IMG/VR virus record: IMGVR_UViG_3300035180_001778
Coordinates: 186,001-250,000 of that record
DNA: 64,000 nt
Direction: 5' to 3' (one strand)
The notes under the pieces are model-generated. The model saw only the letters and a program-made list of their open reading frames with translations, ran no database searches and was not told the DNA's origin. The position numbers and the translations under genes are program-made. Position 1 is the stretch's first letter. Every line of letters begins with the position of its first letter. This document shows positions 37,117 through 47,846 of this stretch, piece by piece.

Positions 37117-38340
37117 CTACACCTGTTCGGGGTGAGAATCGGAATGAAAAGGACGAGAACATGTCGAACAGACCCCCAGCTCAGCCCACTCCCGATTGAG
37201 GGCCTCTTCCTCCAGATAGATGAGGCTGCATCCTCGTTCAAAGGTGGCGAGATTACGAAGAGTCACCTCGTAATCTCGCGCGAACTCGACCAGGTCTTCG
37301 TGTTTCTCGTAGGCCGCACGGACTGAGGCAAGGGCTGGCACCTCAAGGGTCCTCACATCCTTGAGACGGCCCATGCTCTCCTTGAACCCCCGAAGGCGAG
37401 CGATCCACCCTTCGAGGAGCTGGAAGGTCACCTCCGCGAAGGTCCGAAGATCCGTCACACTCGGGATCTCGATCTTGTCCACCCCGTCGAGAGAAGCCAG
37501 GGCCGCCCTCCGGGTGTTGTTCTGAAGACAGAGCCTCTGGAGAAGAGCGAAGGTCTTCTGGCCTTCCTGTAGGTCAGAAGGATTTGGGGGTGTTTGAGCA
37601 ACGACACCCTCAAGACCCATGACCCGAGCTTCGAGAGCAGCTCGACCGTCGATGAAGTAGTCGAGCTGTGTGACCTTGGCTTGAGTCGCCTGGACAACCC
37701 CCAACTTCGTCTTGACGGTCTTGACGTCGCGAAGGGCTGTGTCGAGCCCTTCGTACGCAGCGAGCTGTGTCGTTGCCTCAATGACGTCCTTCTCCCGAAC
37801 CTTCCGTGTAGCTGTTGCCTCCCTCCGGTCCTTCTCGACCATCCTCATGGCGAGATTGACCTGATCGAGCTTGGCCATGTCCGAGAGGACATCCGCGACA
37901 ACCCCAGGGGATTGGTCGAGCAGGAAGATGGGGTTGAATTGATCGGAGACTTGTAGGAGGACGTTCCTATCCCCCACCTTGACCTCGTTGAAAGCCGCGG
38001 TCAGAAAGTCCGGCATCCCACGCTCGGCAGCGGGGTACTCCGCTCCATTGAAGACGTAGCGATTGATCGAATCGCCCTTCTCCCAAAGGAGATCGAAGTC
38101 CGCAGACTGGAGATGCACGGAGACGTGGCACTTGCACGTCTTCTGCTTCTTCAGCTTGCGGGCACAAGAAGGCCCGTGACGTACGAATGACGCCACGGGC
38201 GCTCCAGTGAGAGCACAACGAATCGCCCGAATGAGCGCGCTCTTTCCGATGTTCGACCGGCCCACAAGAGCCGTGAAGCCGTCAATCTGGAAAGAAACCC
38301 GCTCGATCGATTGAAAGTTGCAGACCTCGACCGAGATCAT
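37117..38340 (-). CDS. SbcC/Rad50-like ATPase, N-terminal half
   Basis: NFQS, Walker A GRSNIGKS, coiled coil, terminal CSTC (zinc hook). Confidence 0.8.
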   Translation of the reverse strand: MISVEVCNFQSIERVSFQIDGFTALVGRSNIGKSALIRAIRCALTGAPVASFVRHGPSCARKLKKQKTCKCHVSVHLQSADFDLLWEKGDSINRYVFNGAEYPAAERGMPDFLTAAFNEVKVGDRNVLLQVSDQFNPIFLLDQSPGVVADVLSDMAKLDQVNLAMRMVEKDRREATATRKVREKDVIEATTQLAAYEGLDTALRDVKTVKTKLGVVQATQAKVTQLDYFIDGRAALEARVMGLEGVVAQTPPNPSDLQEGQKTFALLQRLCLQNNTRRAALASLDGVDKIEIPSVTDLRTFAEVTFQLLEGWIARLRGFKESMGRLKDVRTLEVPALASVRAAYEKHEDLVEFARDYEVTLRNLATFERGCSLIYLEEEALNREWAELGVCSTCSRPFHSDSHPEQV

Positions 38341-39650
38341 TCGCCGTCGGACTCGTCCTCAGCCGAATCTTCCACGATCGGATCGTCAGTGTCGATCGTG
38401 ATTTCCTGCGTCCCCCCAGACGCATCGTCATCATCGTCCCCCAGCTCGCCACTGAGGTCCGCCTGCATCGCGTCCTCATCCGAGATCTCCTCGTCAGGGA
38501 TCGCCGTCGGGATGGCCGAAGAGATGGCCTCGACAACCTTCCCCTTGATCTCCGCTGCCAGCTTGGGGTTGGCGATCAAGTGCGCGCGCAGCTTGTCCTT
38601 CCCCATGAAGGCCTCGCCTGCACAGGTGTACTTCGAGCCCTCGCGCTTGATGATCCCGTTGGCCTCGGCTGCCATGATGATGCTGTAGAGGTCGTCGATT
38701 CCAAAGCCGTACCGAATGAAGATCGTCGCTTCGTGTCCCTGCTTGGCGTCGGCCTTTGCCTTGATGACCTTCACGGAGGTGAGGTTGCCGAAGGGGTACT
38801 TCTTGATCTTCCCCGTGGCGGGGTCCTTCCGCTCGACACGCTCCGAGAGAATCCGAGCGAGTCGCAGCCGAACGTAGGCGAAGTACTTGAGAGCCTTTCC
38901 ACCGGCCGTGTTGGCTTCCGGAGCACCGTGACCCCCACCCGTGCTGATGGTGGCTCGCTCCTGGTTGAGCAGGATGAGTGCCGTCCCGAGACGCTCGGGG
39001 TCGGAAATCTTGCTCTCCCCTGCTCCCTTCGTCGGGTACTTGGCGAGCCACAAGACGAGCTTGGGTAGGGTCTCGCTCATCTTCTTCGCCACAGCACCGA
39101 TCTTGGCGGTGTCCTCGATCTTCTTCTCCAGCTCCAGAGCAGGAACCATCGAGGCGACCGAGTCGACGACGATGATATCCACGCCGGCCATGATGCCGAC
39201 GAGAATCATCTTGAAACCATCTTCCATCGTGTCGGGAGCGTAGAGAAGGAGGTCTTCGAACTGAACCCCAATCTGCTTCGCGTAGCCGTGGTGAAGAGCG
39301 TGCTCGAAGTCGAGGAACATCGCCGTCCCCCCGTTCTTCTGGACGTTCGCGATGGCCGTGAGAGCCACCGTCGTCTTGCCACTCGACTCAGGACCGTAGA
39401 TTTCCGTGATGCGACGCCGGGGGTAGCCAGGGCAAACGAAGCCCTTCCCATCTGCCGTTCGCGAACCACCGATGCTCGTGTCGAGAATGACCGAGCCCGA
39501 AGGAACGTGAGGTAGGGTCGTTTGCTGGGCCGTCATCGGCCGCTGCTTGGTGGTCTTGAGGATCATGGCCCTGGCAAGGGTCGCCACTGCCGATGCATTG
39601 GTGACATGTGCCTTGGCCTTCTTGTCTTTCGTGGTCGTCGCAGTCGTCAT
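38337..39650 (-). CDS. recA: RecA recombinase
   Basis: EIYGPESSGKTT, VVDSVA and GGKALKY motifs; acidic tail. Confidence 0.93.
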   Translation of the reverse strand: MTTATTTKDKKAKAHVTNASAVATLARAMILKTTKQRPMTAQQTTLPHVPSGSVILDTSIGGSRTADGKGFVCPGYPRRRITEIYGPESSGKTTVALTAIANVQKNGGTAMFLDFEHALHHGYAKQIGVQFEDLLLYAPDTMEDGFKMILVGIMAGVDIIVVDSVASMVPALELEKKIEDTAKIGAVAKKMSETLPKLVLWLAKYPTKGAGESKISDPERLGTALILLNQERATISTGGGHGAPEANTAGGKALKYFAYVRLRLARILSERVERKDPATGKIKKYPFGNLTSVKVIKAKADAKQGHEATIFIRYGFGIDDLYSIIMAAEANGIIKREGSKYTCAGEAFMGKDKLRAHLIANPKLAAEIKGKVVEAISSAIPTAIPDEEISDEDAMQADLSGELGDDDDDASGGTQEITIDTDDPIVEDSAEDESDGE

Positions 39651-40108
39651 TTAGACTCCAGTTGGGAGAAGCTTGGCCATGCGTGTCTGCGTCGATGACA
39701 GGTTGCGCACAGCAAAACACATTTCAGAACCTCAGCTCGAACTTGCTCTTGGTTCTTTTTCAGAAGCATGGGACCTATCTCCATATCCTTGGCTTCTACC
39801 CCAAGATGATGGAAATCGAACACGTCAATAGGCCACTCACTACCAGGGGCAATCCCACAGTCTCTACACCGCCCTCCGAGGAGAGTTATGTATTCGTGTT
39901 TCCGTGCATCCCGAGTGTTTTTCATCCGAACTAGAATATTTGTTCGGCGCCTCTGGTAACTATCGCGTCCTTTTTGAGGGTCGTATGTTCCACGGCCTTT
40001 ATCACTGATGCACTGCTTACAGGTGACGCCAACCCCCAATTTCGTACGAGGGTGAGCGTAGAAAGCCTCCAGAGGCTTCCCCTCTCCACAAGACTTGCAA
40101 GTCTTCAC
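39647..40108 (-). CDS. HNH endonuclease (free-standing)
   Basis: CKSC/CKQC, LGGRCRDC, FDFHH and CVLLCATCHRRRH motifs; AT-richer. Confidence 0.8.
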   Translation of the reverse strand: MKTCKSCGEGKPLEAFYAHPRTKLGVGVTCKQCISDKGRGTYDPQKGRDSYQRRRTNILVRMKNTRDARKHEYITLLGGRCRDCGIAPGSEWPIDVFDFHHLGVEAKDMEIGPMLLKKNQEQVRAEVLKCVLLCATCHRRRHAWPSFSQLESK

Positions 40109-40758
40109 TTGGGGGTGTCAAGTTGAGAGAATCGGAAGAAACGACGATTCTCTTTGAAAGCCGCCCCCTGCATCACCGTTTGACCCGCCCGATCCCCTTT
40201 TGTGAAGGTGTGTATCTTGGCGAATGCTTGGTATTCTGCTGGAGATAGGCTGTCTTCGAGGATGGCCCCTTTGAGAAAGAGCCAGAAACGAGCGGCAAAC
40301 CGAGCCACATGATAGGCATCTGCTTCATCATGTGTGATACGCCCTTTGAGACCAGTGTCCGCTTTGGCAGCGTCCACCATATCTGCTTTGAACATCTTCC
40401 CCAATCTGATCTTGGGGTCGACCTTCGTGAGCATTTTCAAAGTGCCGGGATCGAAGTACACCACATCCTTGCGTCGAGTGTAGATCGCCTCGTTCACCAT
40501 GATGAAAAGGGCATAAGCCCCTGGAGACCACTGCTCTCCGAATGCAGGGGATTCCACGCCCACGGCTTCAATAGCGGAGTATCTGTCGAGCAGATCACCC
40601 ACGCCCTCACGAAGCGTCATGTAGCGTTGAACGAAGATGTCCTTCGCGACGGTCGAGATCAAACCTCGACCGACAATGCGTGCGGGACCTTCAGCCTCGG
40701 AGTCGTGGACACACCACCCGAGATTCGTCAGGGATGGGTCGAGCCCGAGGGTAATCAT
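40105..40758 (-). CDS. ruvC: RuvC-like Holliday junction resolvase
   Basis: LGLDPS, VGVE and HDEADA motifs. Confidence 0.8.
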   Translation of the reverse strand: MITLGLDPSLTNLGWCVHDSEAEGPARIVGRGLISTVAKDIFVQRYMTLREGVGDLLDRYSAIEAVGVESPAFGEQWSPGAYALFIMVNEAIYTRRKDVVYFDPGTLKMLTKVDPKIRLGKMFKADMVDAAKADTGLKGRITHDEADAYHVARFAARFWLFLKGAILEDSLSPAEYQAFAKIHTFTKGDRAGQTVMQGAAFKENRRFFRFSQLDTPK

Positions 40759-40763
40759 AAAGA

Positions 40764-40797
40764 GGACGGGGGAGGAACCGAAGCCCCTCCCCGTCTC
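40764..40797 (-). terminator. Hairpin, probable terminator after the SSB gene
   Basis: GAGACGGGGAGG-(ggc ttcg gtt)-CCTCCCCCGTCCTC followed by TTT. Confidence 0.5.
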
Positions 40798-40808
40798 CTA
40801 CCAGGGTA

Positions 40809-41699
40809 TCAGACCTGATCCAGAAGGTCGGTGAAGTCCCCGCCGCTGGCGTTGGCCGCACCGAGAGCCCCTGCCCCGATGTCCGACACCGACGACCCGC
40901 CCATCCCGAGCTTCGCACGGACCGCGTCCGTGGTCATGTCCCGGAACGGCATCAGCTTGTCGTACATGCTGACAGCCTTGTCCAGGACCGCAGCCTGGAA
41001 CTTGGGAACCTTCCGCCAGATGGCCTGACCGACGAACGAGACGTCGATGTTCTGGTACTGCGCGTCCTTGCACTCCAGCTTGAGATCCTGGGTGTGAAGG
41101 CCCATGCCGTTCTCGCGCAGACCCGCGTTCAGCTTCCAGATCATCTCGTAGGTCTTCTGGCCGAAGCGCCAGGGGATGATCTGCCAGTCGGTCGCGAGTG
41201 CGGGCTTGTTGATCTCACCCTTCCGATCGGTCGGGTAGAGAATCAGGAGGGTGGTGTACGCCGTCTTCGGCGCCTCCAGCCGCTTCCACACCGTATCCGC
41301 CTCCGACCCATCGAGGCCGAGACGGCTCAGCACGTAGCCCATGCCCTGCTGATAGTGGAACGACATGCGCTTGAACTTGCACTCGTCGAGGAAGAGCTTG
41401 TCGACCTGCGTGAGCTGATCGACGCTCTTGCCCAGACTCTCGGCACGCTCCGCCAGGATCTTCTGGCCGATCGCCCGCATCTGGTCGGGGGTGTTCTTCT
41501 CCCCCTTGTCCTTGGCGGCCTTGTTGGCCCGCTGGACCCCGACGATGTCGGCAGCGTGGAAGTACACGAAGGAGCCCCGTAGGACCTGACCCTTCGTCAT
41601 CTTCAGCCACTCTTCGCGCTGCTTGAAGTTGTTCTTGTCCTCCTCGCCCAGACCCACGTCATCGTCGAAGGACTCGTAAGAAACCGGATCGTTGCTCAT
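40809..41699 (-). CDS. Probable single-stranded DNA-binding protein
   Basis: Located in the recombination cluster; about 300 aa; flexible Gly-rich tail ending DFTDLLDQV; strong codon bias. Confidence 0.55.
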   Translation of the reverse strand: MSNDPVSYESFDDDVGLGEEDKNNFKQREEWLKMTKGQVLRGSFVYFHAADIVGVQRANKAAKDKGEKNTPDQMRAIGQKILAERAESLGKSVDQLTQVDKLFLDECKFKRMSFHYQQGMGYVLSRLGLDGSEADTVWKRLEAPKTAYTTLLILYPTDRKGEINKPALATDWQIIPWRFGQKTYEMIWKLNAGLRENGMGLHTQDLKLECKDAQYQNIDVSFVGQAIWRKVPKFQAAVLDKAVSMYDKLMPFRDMTTDAVRAKLGMGGSSVSDIGAGALGAANASGGDFTDLLDQV

Positions 41700-41851
41700 C
41701 GCTCTGCACTCTTTCGGTGTGAAATCGCCTTCACTGCTACATGTGTCGGTTACGACGGGTAGCGAAGGACGACGTTGGAACCCTTGATGTCGCCGACTCC
41801 GACTGAGAAGACTCAGTTTTTGCCGGTCGCCGATTGTACGCTACTGACGTA

Positions 41852-42625
41852 TCAAAGTCCTGAAAATACGTCCTCGTAATCGTCTTCAGTGACGATTGCC
41901 GGGGAGGCTCCGAGGAAGTTCTGAATGGCTTGCTCGTCGGAGGTCTCTGTGGCCGTGACCGAGGGGAGAACAGGAGACCGATTCGTCGTAGGAACCACGA
42001 CCACGGGCTCGGGCTCATCTGCTTCGGGCTCCACAGCCTTTGCAGTATCCCCCTCCAAGAGAAGAAGCAGCTCCTCTTCGTTGACGTCATCTCCCCCGAG
42101 AGGGGATGACGATCCACCACCGCTCCCAGGCAGCTTGTTGATCCGCTCGTCCCCGTAGAAGGACTTCGTATCAAGCTCATCCCTGATAAGCGATCGTTGC
42201 ACTTTGACGGCAGCCATGGTGTCCGACAGCTCCTTGTGGCGATGTCGGACGACCTTCTCCATCGACTCCAGGTCCTTCTGCTCAGCTTCGAGCCGAGCGA
42301 TGGCCTGGCGATCTTCACGAAGCATCACGTTGGCCGTCGCCTTGCGATCCTCGATGTTCGGGAGCCGGCTGACATGCTGGTTGTTTGCCAGAAGATCATC
42401 GAAGGAGACCTGGTAGGCAGACAGCCGTGTCTGAAGCTCTCGGGTGACGAGATGCTTCTGTTGCAGCAACTGAATGAGGATCCCCGAGACCTCATTCTTG
42501 TAGTTGTTGCAGGTAGCCGTGACGTCCTGTAGGTACTTCGGCCCCAGCGACGAAGGGTCCGAGTGGAGATCGATCGTCAACCTGGAGACGGTGCTGTAGA
42601 TGACCTTGATTTGCTCGGGTGTCAT
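41852..42625 (-). CDS. Coiled-coil protein (possible recombination mediator)
   Basis: Helical N-terminus, acidic tail, adjacent to the SSB candidate. Confidence 0.5.
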   Translation of the reverse strand: MTPEQIKVIYSTVSRLTIDLHSDPSSLGPKYLQDVTATCNNYKNEVSGILIQLLQQKHLVTRELQTRLSAYQVSFDDLLANNQHVSRLPNIEDRKATANVMLREDRQAIARLEAEQKDLESMEKVVRHRHKELSDTMAAVKVQRSLIRDELDTKSFYGDERINKLPGSGGGSSSPLGGDDVNEEELLLLLEGDTAKAVEPEADEPEPVVVVPTTNRSPVLPSVTATETSDEQAIQNFLGASPAIVTEDDYEDVFSGL

Positions 42626-43047
42626 GCCTTGGGCTCGTTGGGGGTGAGGATCTTGACGAGGGCCTCATCGTAGGAGTTGAGGATGGCCTCCGCTGCCTGC
42701 TTGCGACCAAGGATCCCTCGCTTGATCGCGTCGTCGTAGGTGACCGCCACGACGTGCTTGGCGAGAATGCACCGGACCACCCGAACCTCTTCGAGGTTGA
42801 AGCCCACCGAAGGGGAGTCGTCATGGAGCTGGGTCAACTCAGCTCCGTGTCCCCAGCTGGCCGTCGCGGAGTAGAAGGTGCTCTTCTTCCCGTTTTGAGT
42901 GCGTTCCTCGATCGAGAAGGAAGTCGTGAGCTTGTTGAGAGAGACTTCGGACTGAAGCTTCGTCAGTTTTGCCCTCAGCTCAGGAGTGAGGCTGTCCAGG
43001 GGGCTTCTCTGCTTCTGCGAGTCCGGTTCCGTCTTCGTTTCGTTCAT
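42622..43047 (-). CDS. Hypothetical protein
   Basis: GGTGTA-N10-ATG upstream. Confidence 0.55.
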   Translation of the reverse strand: MNETKTEPDSQKQRSPLDSLTPELRAKLTKLQSEVSLNKLTTSFSIEERTQNGKKSTFYSATASWGHGAELTQLHDDSPSVGFNLEEVRVVRCILAKHVVAVTYDDAIKRGILGRKQAAEAILNSYDEALVKILTPNEPKA

Positions 43048-43072
43048 GGCCCACAGCTACACCAACGAAAGC

Positions 43073-45262
43073 TCAAACAGCTTCAGCCACGGCGTTGCCG
43101 AAAACCGTGTTGCGGAAGACCACGCGATCGTTCGCCACAGCCCGCTCAACGGCATTGGCTTCCCCGATGAGCCACACCTTCCGCTTCGCTCGCGTGATGG
43201 CCGTGTAGAACAGCTCGCGTTGCAGCATCCTCCCCTGGCTCTTCACCACAGGAAGAATCACCGTGTCGTACTCCGAGCCCTGGCTCTTGTGGACCGTGGT
43301 CGCGTAGGCAAGCCGGAGCATCTCAGGAGCCTTCTCCTTCGGGATGTCGACGTACATATACACGCTGCCAGCTCCCACCCCATGGATCCGAACAACCAGC
43401 TCGTCTTTACGGACGTCATGGAGCTTGCCCATGTCGCCGTTGTAGACACTCAAGTCGTAGTTGTTCCGAATGACCATGAGACGATCCCCAACACGAAAAT
43501 GGGTATCGAAGAGCTTGTACTCCTTCTTGTTGTCATCCGCCGGGTTGAGGGCTTCCCTCAAGCAAGAGTTCAAGTTGTCGACTCCCACAGGGCCGGCATA
43601 CTTGGGGGACAACACCTGGAAATTGGCGTCTCGTTCCTTGAGCTTGACTGCCATCCTCACGATGAGGTCCGCGATCGTGCTCTCATCGGAGCAGTTCACG
43701 AACTGAAACTCAGACGGCGTGCTGTTGAGGGTCGGGGTCTCTCCCCGGTTGACCTTGTGGGCCGCCTGCACAATCTCACTCGTCAAAGCCTGACGATGGA
43801 TCTGCGTGAGCCGCACATGAGGGATCGCCGGACACGAGAGAAGCTCTCGTAGAACGTTGCCCGCCCCCACCGAAGGAAGCTGTGCGTCGTCACCCACAAG
43901 AACGAGCATGGCACTCGGGTCAAGGGCATCCAGGAGCCGATAGAACAGCTCTTGATCCACCATGCTCATCTCGTCGACAACCACGGCTCCGACGAGGAGC
44001 TTGTTGTAGCTGTTGTACCCCCAGCCCTCCCCATCGTACCGGAGCGATCGATGAATGGTCATTGCATCGGTCCCCGTGACGGCTGCCAGACGCTTCGCAG
44101 CAATCCCCGTGGGGGCCATGAGCATGTGGGAAAGCCCGGCCGCCTTGAAGAGGTGGACGAACGAGCGGACCAGCGTCGTCTTGCCCGTACCAGGGAGTCC
44201 CGTGAGAACCAGGACACGATTCTGAATGAGCTGGAAAACGCCCGCCTTTTGCGCCTCCGACAACCCAATCCGCTGATTCTTCTCGTACGTTTCGAGGAAT
44301 CCCCCAAGATCAATCTGGAGGTCGACGGGCGTCTTGAATCGAGCGAGCTTGTTCGCCGCCTCCCGTTCGTAGAGGAACGACTGAGGAAGGTAGACCCCAA
44401 CGCCCGGGTCAACGCGAACCGTCTTGCGGGCCTCCAGGCGAAGGAGACCCTCTGCCACGGTCGTGGGTAGGTCCTGCCCCTCAAAAGGCTCAGCATGCTC
44501 TTCCTGGAGCATCTCGTGAATGCTCTGGGGGATGTCTCCCCGGCGAAGAAAGAGGTGCCCCTGGTTCAGGGCCTTGCGAAGAACCCACAGGATGGCCCCC
44601 TCAACCCGGCGAGGATCCCCCATCGAGATCCCCAACCGAAGAGCGAAACGATCCGCTTTTGCGAAGTCGAAGCCCGCGATTTCGAGGAGGCGGTAGGGAT
44701 CCTGTAGAATCGTCTCCAGCGCCCCAACCCCAAAGGCTCGCGAAATCTGCTCCACGAGCTGGGAAGGGAGGTCGTAGTCCTTGAGGAAGGCCGCGAGCCC
44801 GCTCAACGAGCGGGACTGTGCCCACAAGAGTAGGGCGCGATCGAGCTTCTCTCGTAGGGGGTCGTCTTCCCCCGCGAGTAGGCGAACCCTGTCCGGTTCG
44901 TTCGAGAGGACCTGGTAGGTATCCATCCCGAAGCGATCCGAGACGAGCTTCGCAAGGCCCGGCTCAGCAAAGCCCTCGATGCAATCGGAGAGAAACCTCT
45001 CCACATCTTGGACTTGCCTCGTGTAGGGGAGCCACCCCGAAGGGACGAACTGACGGCCGTGCTTTTGATGAGACTTCCACTCACCTTGAAACCCGACCGT
45101 CGTTCCCGGACGCACCTGGACAAGACCGAACAGACGACCAGCAACCGTTGCCGTGGTCTCGGGGATACTGGGCTCCGCGTCGTTCACCACCATCTTGAAG
45201 ACCCAGAACCCGTTCTCTCCCCTGCATCGCATGGAGAGAACCACGCCACTGATCGTTGCCAT
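43073..45262 (-). CDS. recD2: RecD2-like SF1B helicase
   Basis: GLPGTGKTT, VVDEMSM, GDDAQLPSV, LAYATTVHKSQGSE and YTAITRA motifs. Confidence 0.92.
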   Translation of the reverse strand: MATISGVVLSMRCRGENGFWVFKMVVNDAEPSIPETTATVAGRLFGLVQVRPGTTVGFQGEWKSHQKHGRQFVPSGWLPYTRQVQDVERFLSDCIEGFAEPGLAKLVSDRFGMDTYQVLSNEPDRVRLLAGEDDPLREKLDRALLLWAQSRSLSGLAAFLKDYDLPSQLVEQISRAFGVGALETILQDPYRLLEIAGFDFAKADRFALRLGISMGDPRRVEGAILWVLRKALNQGHLFLRRGDIPQSIHEMLQEEHAEPFEGQDLPTTVAEGLLRLEARKTVRVDPGVGVYLPQSFLYEREAANKLARFKTPVDLQIDLGGFLETYEKNQRIGLSEAQKAGVFQLIQNRVLVLTGLPGTGKTTLVRSFVHLFKAAGLSHMLMAPTGIAAKRLAAVTGTDAMTIHRSLRYDGEGWGYNSYNKLLVGAVVVDEMSMVDQELFYRLLDALDPSAMLVLVGDDAQLPSVGAGNVLRELLSCPAIPHVRLTQIHRQALTSEIVQAAHKVNRGETPTLNSTPSEFQFVNCSDESTIADLIVRMAVKLKERDANFQVLSPKYAGPVGVDNLNSCLREALNPADDNKKEYKLFDTHFRVGDRLMVIRNNYDLSVYNGDMGKLHDVRKDELVVRIHGVGAGSVYMYVDIPKEKAPEMLRLAYATTVHKSQGSEYDTVILPVVKSQGRMLQRELFYTAITRAKRKVWLIGEANAVERAVANDRVVFRNTVFGNAVAEAV

Positions 45263-45267
45263 TCAGC

Positions 45268-45447
45268 TCATCCTTGTCGGTAACTGCCCTCGGGTTTATC
45301 GAAGGCTTTCTTCTCGTCCCTTGCCTTCAATTCAGCAAGAGCTTCATCCGCTTTCTCAGCGGCATCTTTGAGGGAGTGGGAATGCCTTGCGTAATACCCC
45401 GAAATGATAGCGGCGTAAAACTGGCACCAGAGATCGCGGTCGCTCAT
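45268..45447 (-). CDS. Small hypothetical protein
   Basis: ATGA-coupled to the ligase stop (MSDRDLWCQFY...). Confidence 0.5.
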   Translation of the reverse strand: MSDRDLWCQFYAAIISGYYARHSHSLKDAAEKADEALAELKARDEKKAFDKPEGSYRQG

Positions 45448-47432
45448 CGGCCAGCCATCTTGAGGAAGGCCTCTTCCGAGATGCACGAGACCCCCGCCTT
45501 CCGAGCTGCAACGGCCTTGGTGCTCGTCGAGTCCGGGTCGGCGATGACGAGGTAAGTGACCCCCTTGCCAGCCGAAGACTTTACCACACCGCCGTTGTCG
45601 GTGACGAGGGTTTCCAGCTCTTTTCGAGGAAGAGTGCTCTTGCCCGTGAAGCAGAAAGACTGCCCCGTGAGAGTCCCCTTGACCCGACCCCGAATCTCGA
45701 TTCCGAGGGTCAGAATCTCCTGGAGCATTGCTTCGTTCGTGGGGTTGGTGAACCACTTGGCGAGGTCGCCTGCCTTCACCGGACCGATGCCCGCGATGGA
45801 GTGGAAGGGGCCCGTACGGTTCCCCGCGATGGCCTTCGACGTCTCCAAGCTCCCCGCCTGAATCGCAGCCATCGTGTCGTAGCCCGCGTCCATCAACAGG
45901 AGGAAGGTCGAAGACCCGCAGCCCGAGATCGACATGGCCCCCAAGAACTCCTCCAGGGGGATCGGGTTCTTGGCCCAGAGGAGCTTGTGGACCTTGGCCG
46001 CGCTCTTGTCCCCCATGCGATCGATGCTGGAGAGCTGCTCGACCGTGAGCTTGTAGAGGTCCATGACCGTCTTGACGTGACCCCCATCCACGAGCTTCTC
46101 GATGAGGCCGTCACCCCATTCCTTGATGTCGAGGACCTGGACGTAGCGCTTGATCCGGCCCGCCGACTGAGCGGAGCATTCGAGGGTGTTCGGACAGATG
46201 AGGTACTCCCCCTCCATCTCCGTGCTCGTCCCGCACACAGGACACTTGAGCGGACCCTCCTCGACCTTCTCGGGCTTCTGGTGAACCGCAGCGACCCGCG
46301 GGATGACGTCGTTGGCCCTGACGATCATGACCTCGGCCCCGACGCCGATCCCCAGGTCTCGGATGTACTTGAGGTTGTAGACGCTCGCGTTGGTGATCGT
46401 CGCGCCCATGACGTGGACGGGAAGGAAGATGGCCACGGGCGTCACTCGACCCGTCCCCCCAACCTGCCACTCGATCTTGGTGATCGTCGTGAGCTTCCCC
46501 TCCGCCTCGAACTTGAAGGCGACAGCACCCTTGGGACGGCCGTCCTTCTCCCCCAGCTCGTGTTGCTTGGCGAGGTTGTTGATGCGGATCACGAGCCCGT
46601 CGATCTCGTAATCGAGACGAGCCCGCTCCGTCTCCTGGTAGACCTTCCAGTACTCGACCGGGCCCCGCGCGTCAGACCCGGGGGCGTAGGTGTTGTAGGG
46701 AGGCGTCACGAACCCCATCATCCGGAGCATCTTGAACTGCTCGTCTTCGGTCACGGGCTGGACGTTGCCTTCGACGATCTCGTAGGCCATGACCGAGAGG
46801 TGCTCGGAGCCGGTCCCATCGAACCGTTTCGAGATCCCCGAGGCTGCGTTCCTGGGGTTGGCGTAGGAGGGGAAGTGCTTCTTGAGGTCGCTCTTCAGGA
46901 GGACGATCTCCGCCCGAATCGCTCCCGTGAAGGGATGCTCGCTCCCCAGGGTGATGGAGCGATACACGGCCGACTTCGAGACGCCCTTCATACGCTGGAC
47001 GTTGGATGTAATGTCCTCGCCCTCGATTCCATCCCCACGGGTGATCGCCTGGATCAGCTTCCCGTCCTCGTACTTGAGGTCGATGCTGATCCCGTCCAGC
47101 TTCTCCGTGATGAACAGGACCTCGCTCTTGCCCGCCGTGGTGGCTGCCCAGAGCCTCATCTCGACCGGCGTGTTCACCTTGTCGAGGCTGCCCATCACGT
47201 ACCCGTGGGAAGCCTTCTTCCACTCCGAGACGACCGGCACGGGGGCTCCGATGGCCGTGATCGCTGTGCTATCGGGCTTGATCTCCCGAAGCTCGGCGAT
47301 CCAGCCATCGAAGACGGCGTCGAGGACCGTGGGGGTTCCGTTGAAGTAGTCGAGCCGGGCCTGGTTGATCTTCTTCTCCAGAGCGCCGGCCGCGAGGTCC
47401 TTCGCCTGGTCCATCATCTCGTCGAAATCCAT
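45444..47432 (-). CDS. ligA: NAD-dependent DNA ligase
   Basis: EKLDG, TRGDG, NPRN, DGLV, zinc finger, HhH and C-terminal BRCT (FCFTG). Confidence 0.93.
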   Translation of the reverse strand: MDFDEMMDQAKDLAAGALEKKINQARLDYFNGTPTVLDAVFDGWIAELREIKPDSTAITAIGAPVPVVSEWKKASHGYVMGSLDKVNTPVEMRLWAATTAGKSEVLFITEKLDGISIDLKYEDGKLIQAITRGDGIEGEDITSNVQRMKGVSKSAVYRSITLGSEHPFTGAIRAEIVLLKSDLKKHFPSYANPRNAASGISKRFDGTGSEHLSVMAYEIVEGNVQPVTEDEQFKMLRMMGFVTPPYNTYAPGSDARGPVEYWKVYQETERARLDYEIDGLVIRINNLAKQHELGEKDGRPKGAVAFKFEAEGKLTTITKIEWQVGGTGRVTPVAIFLPVHVMGATITNASVYNLKYIRDLGIGVGAEVMIVRANDVIPRVAAVHQKPEKVEEGPLKCPVCGTSTEMEGEYLICPNTLECSAQSAGRIKRYVQVLDIKEWGDGLIEKLVDGGHVKTVMDLYKLTVEQLSSIDRMGDKSAAKVHKLLWAKNPIPLEEFLGAMSISGCGSSTFLLLMDAGYDTMAAIQAGSLETSKAIAGNRTGPFHSIAGIGPVKAGDLAKWFTNPTNEAMLQEILTLGIEIRGRVKGTLTGQSFCFTGKSTLPRKELETLVTDNGGVVKSSAGKGVTYLVIADPDSTSTKAVAARKAGVSCISEEAFLKMAGR

Positions 47433-47846
47433 CCTCGACGAGTACACCAAGGACGCCTAATCCTCGAAGGAATCGTCGAGGTGTTCCCATGCAACTCTGT
47501 ACGAAACCTGTACTTGAGGGTCATGTTTTGGGGCCTCGATAGGAGGCGAAACCATGGGTGCCATCAACTGCTCTGCAAGCCGTGTTCTCCCTTCTACTGT
47601 ACGAAGAAAGTCGTGCAGTAGATCCCCTGCTGTCAGGGATATATTAGGGATGGATATGGTGGCCTGATAGGTTATTTCCCCAGGCTCCCCATTCACAGCA
47701 AGGGGCCCACGCCGCGTACCCCAAAAGGGGCGGGTCATCAGCGGGGATGACCTGCGCTCCAGGGTGAAGGACGACAAATGCTCGAACATCTACGAGCATT
47801 TGTCTGACGTCCGTATGTGTTGCAGGCATACGGACGTCTACACCAC

